The notes beneath the pieces are model-generated. The model did no database searches and was not told the origin of the DNA. It saw only the letters and a list, made by a program, of their open reading frames with translations. Below are positions 18,663 through 19,032 of a stretch of 19,032 nucleotides of DNA, piece by piece (positions within the stretch are counted from its first letter, which is position 1; every line of letters starts with the position of its first letter). The translations under genes were made by a program, and so were the position numbers. This DNA is from an uncultured virus (IMG/VR IMGVR_UViG_2061766007_001949) (lineage: Duplodnaviria; Heunggongvirae; Uroviricota; Caudoviricetes): the IMG/VR virus record IMGVR_UViG_2061766007_001949. One strand, given 5' to 3'.

Positions 18663-18845
18663 TTAATGCTCCTTACTCTCAATCCGAGCCAATGCCTCCA
18701 GCATATGCTTCCCAATGGCTTCAGGATTTTTATTATAAGATTCACAGATGAGGCGTAACCCGTCGGATGTCAGAAACCTTCCGTGGTCTCTATCATAACA
18801 CAACTTCTTGTACTCTTCGTATTCTTTCTTTGAAATTGTAGGCAT
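18663..18845 (-). CDS. Small hypothetical protein (60 aa), probably co-transcribed with the 389-aa gene
   Basis: AAGGA SD 7 nt before the ATG at 18845 (alternative GTG at 18848); its stop is 2 nt from the next start. Confidence 0.7.
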   Translation of the reverse strand: MPTISKKEYEEYKKLCYDRDHGRFLTSDGLRLICESYNKNPEAIGKHMLEALARIESKEH

Positions 18846-18890
18846 CACAAAATCCTTCCGAAGATTAAAATAGCGTCGATTTCAGAAAAC

Positions 18891-18938
18891 CGACACCCCT
18901 AATCAGACCGACACCCCTGTGGCCCCTGCGACACCCCT
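18891..18938 (+). repeat. Three direct repeats of CGACACCCCT
   Basis: Exact 10-mers at 18891-18900, 18909-18918 and 18929-18938. Confidence 0.92.
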
Positions 18939-18942
18939 TTGG

Positions 18943-19032
18943 TCAGGCCGCTGTGCTTTGTATCAAATTTTGCGTCTTTATTTCGATGTAGATCATCTTG
19001 ACCTTGCCGAGATAGCTCTGCTGGAGCAGCTT
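18943..19032 (-). pseudogene. mod: 5' fragment of a type III R-M Mod-like (beta-class N6-adenine) methyltransferase, truncated at the DPPY motif; continues beyond the window
   Basis: Minus strand reads KLLQQSYLGKVKMIYI (19032-18985), the sequence that normally precedes DPPY in Mod proteins, then EIKTQNLIQSTAA* (stop at 18945-18943). Only 16 codons are visible. Confidence 0.78.
18950..19010. other. Putative attachment junction (attL/attR) of the prophage, crossover near 18983-18984
   Basis: Methyltransferase-like coding sequence ends inside the Asp codon; a tttgtatcaaa box lies 16-26 bp inside; the site is near a serine-recombinase module. Confidence 0.7.

Larger units (their letters stand above)
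1..18982 (+). mobile_element. Prophage (siphovirus-like), right-hand part: tail, lysis, serine-recombinase integration module and terminal cargo; the left end is outside the window
   Basis: Co-oriented tail-lysis gene order with tight spacing or overlapping stop/start codons, two large serine recombinases, and an abrupt junction with a truncated methyltransferase-like frame at 18982/18983. Confidence 0.9.

Noticed and set aside
18891..18938. Mini CRISPR array
   Set aside because: Repeats of 10 bp with 8-10 bp spacers are far too short, and there are no cas genes in the window.

Overview
Right-hand end of a siphovirus-type prophage from a probable Bacillota (Clostridia-like) host, taken from a draft assembly with eight N-gaps. 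On the + strand it carries a tail module (terminator, major tail protein, chaperone with a probable -1 frameshift, tape measure, Dit, Tal, three minor tail/receptor-binding genes), then holin and amidase endolysin and an intrinsic terminator. An integration module follows: HTH/Cys-rich gene, SHOCT-like gene and two tandem large serine recombinases. Beyond a convergent terminator lie two AT-rich minus-strand cargo genes of unknown function. The main observation is at the far right. The minus strand reads KLLQQSYLGKVKMIYI-E-IKTQNLIQSTAA*, which looks like a type III restriction-modification Mod methyltransferase cut inside the Asp codon of its catalytic DPPY motif. This places a probable att junction at about 18982/18983 and suggests the prophage integrates into, and disables, a host R-M gene. 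Three CGACACCCCT repeats and a TTGATACAAA box lie just inside the junction, and the box recurs twice in the integration module. The six tandem duplications around 10-N gaps are assembly artifacts joining two slightly diverged haplotypes. All product calls come from motif recognition and gene order, not from database searches.
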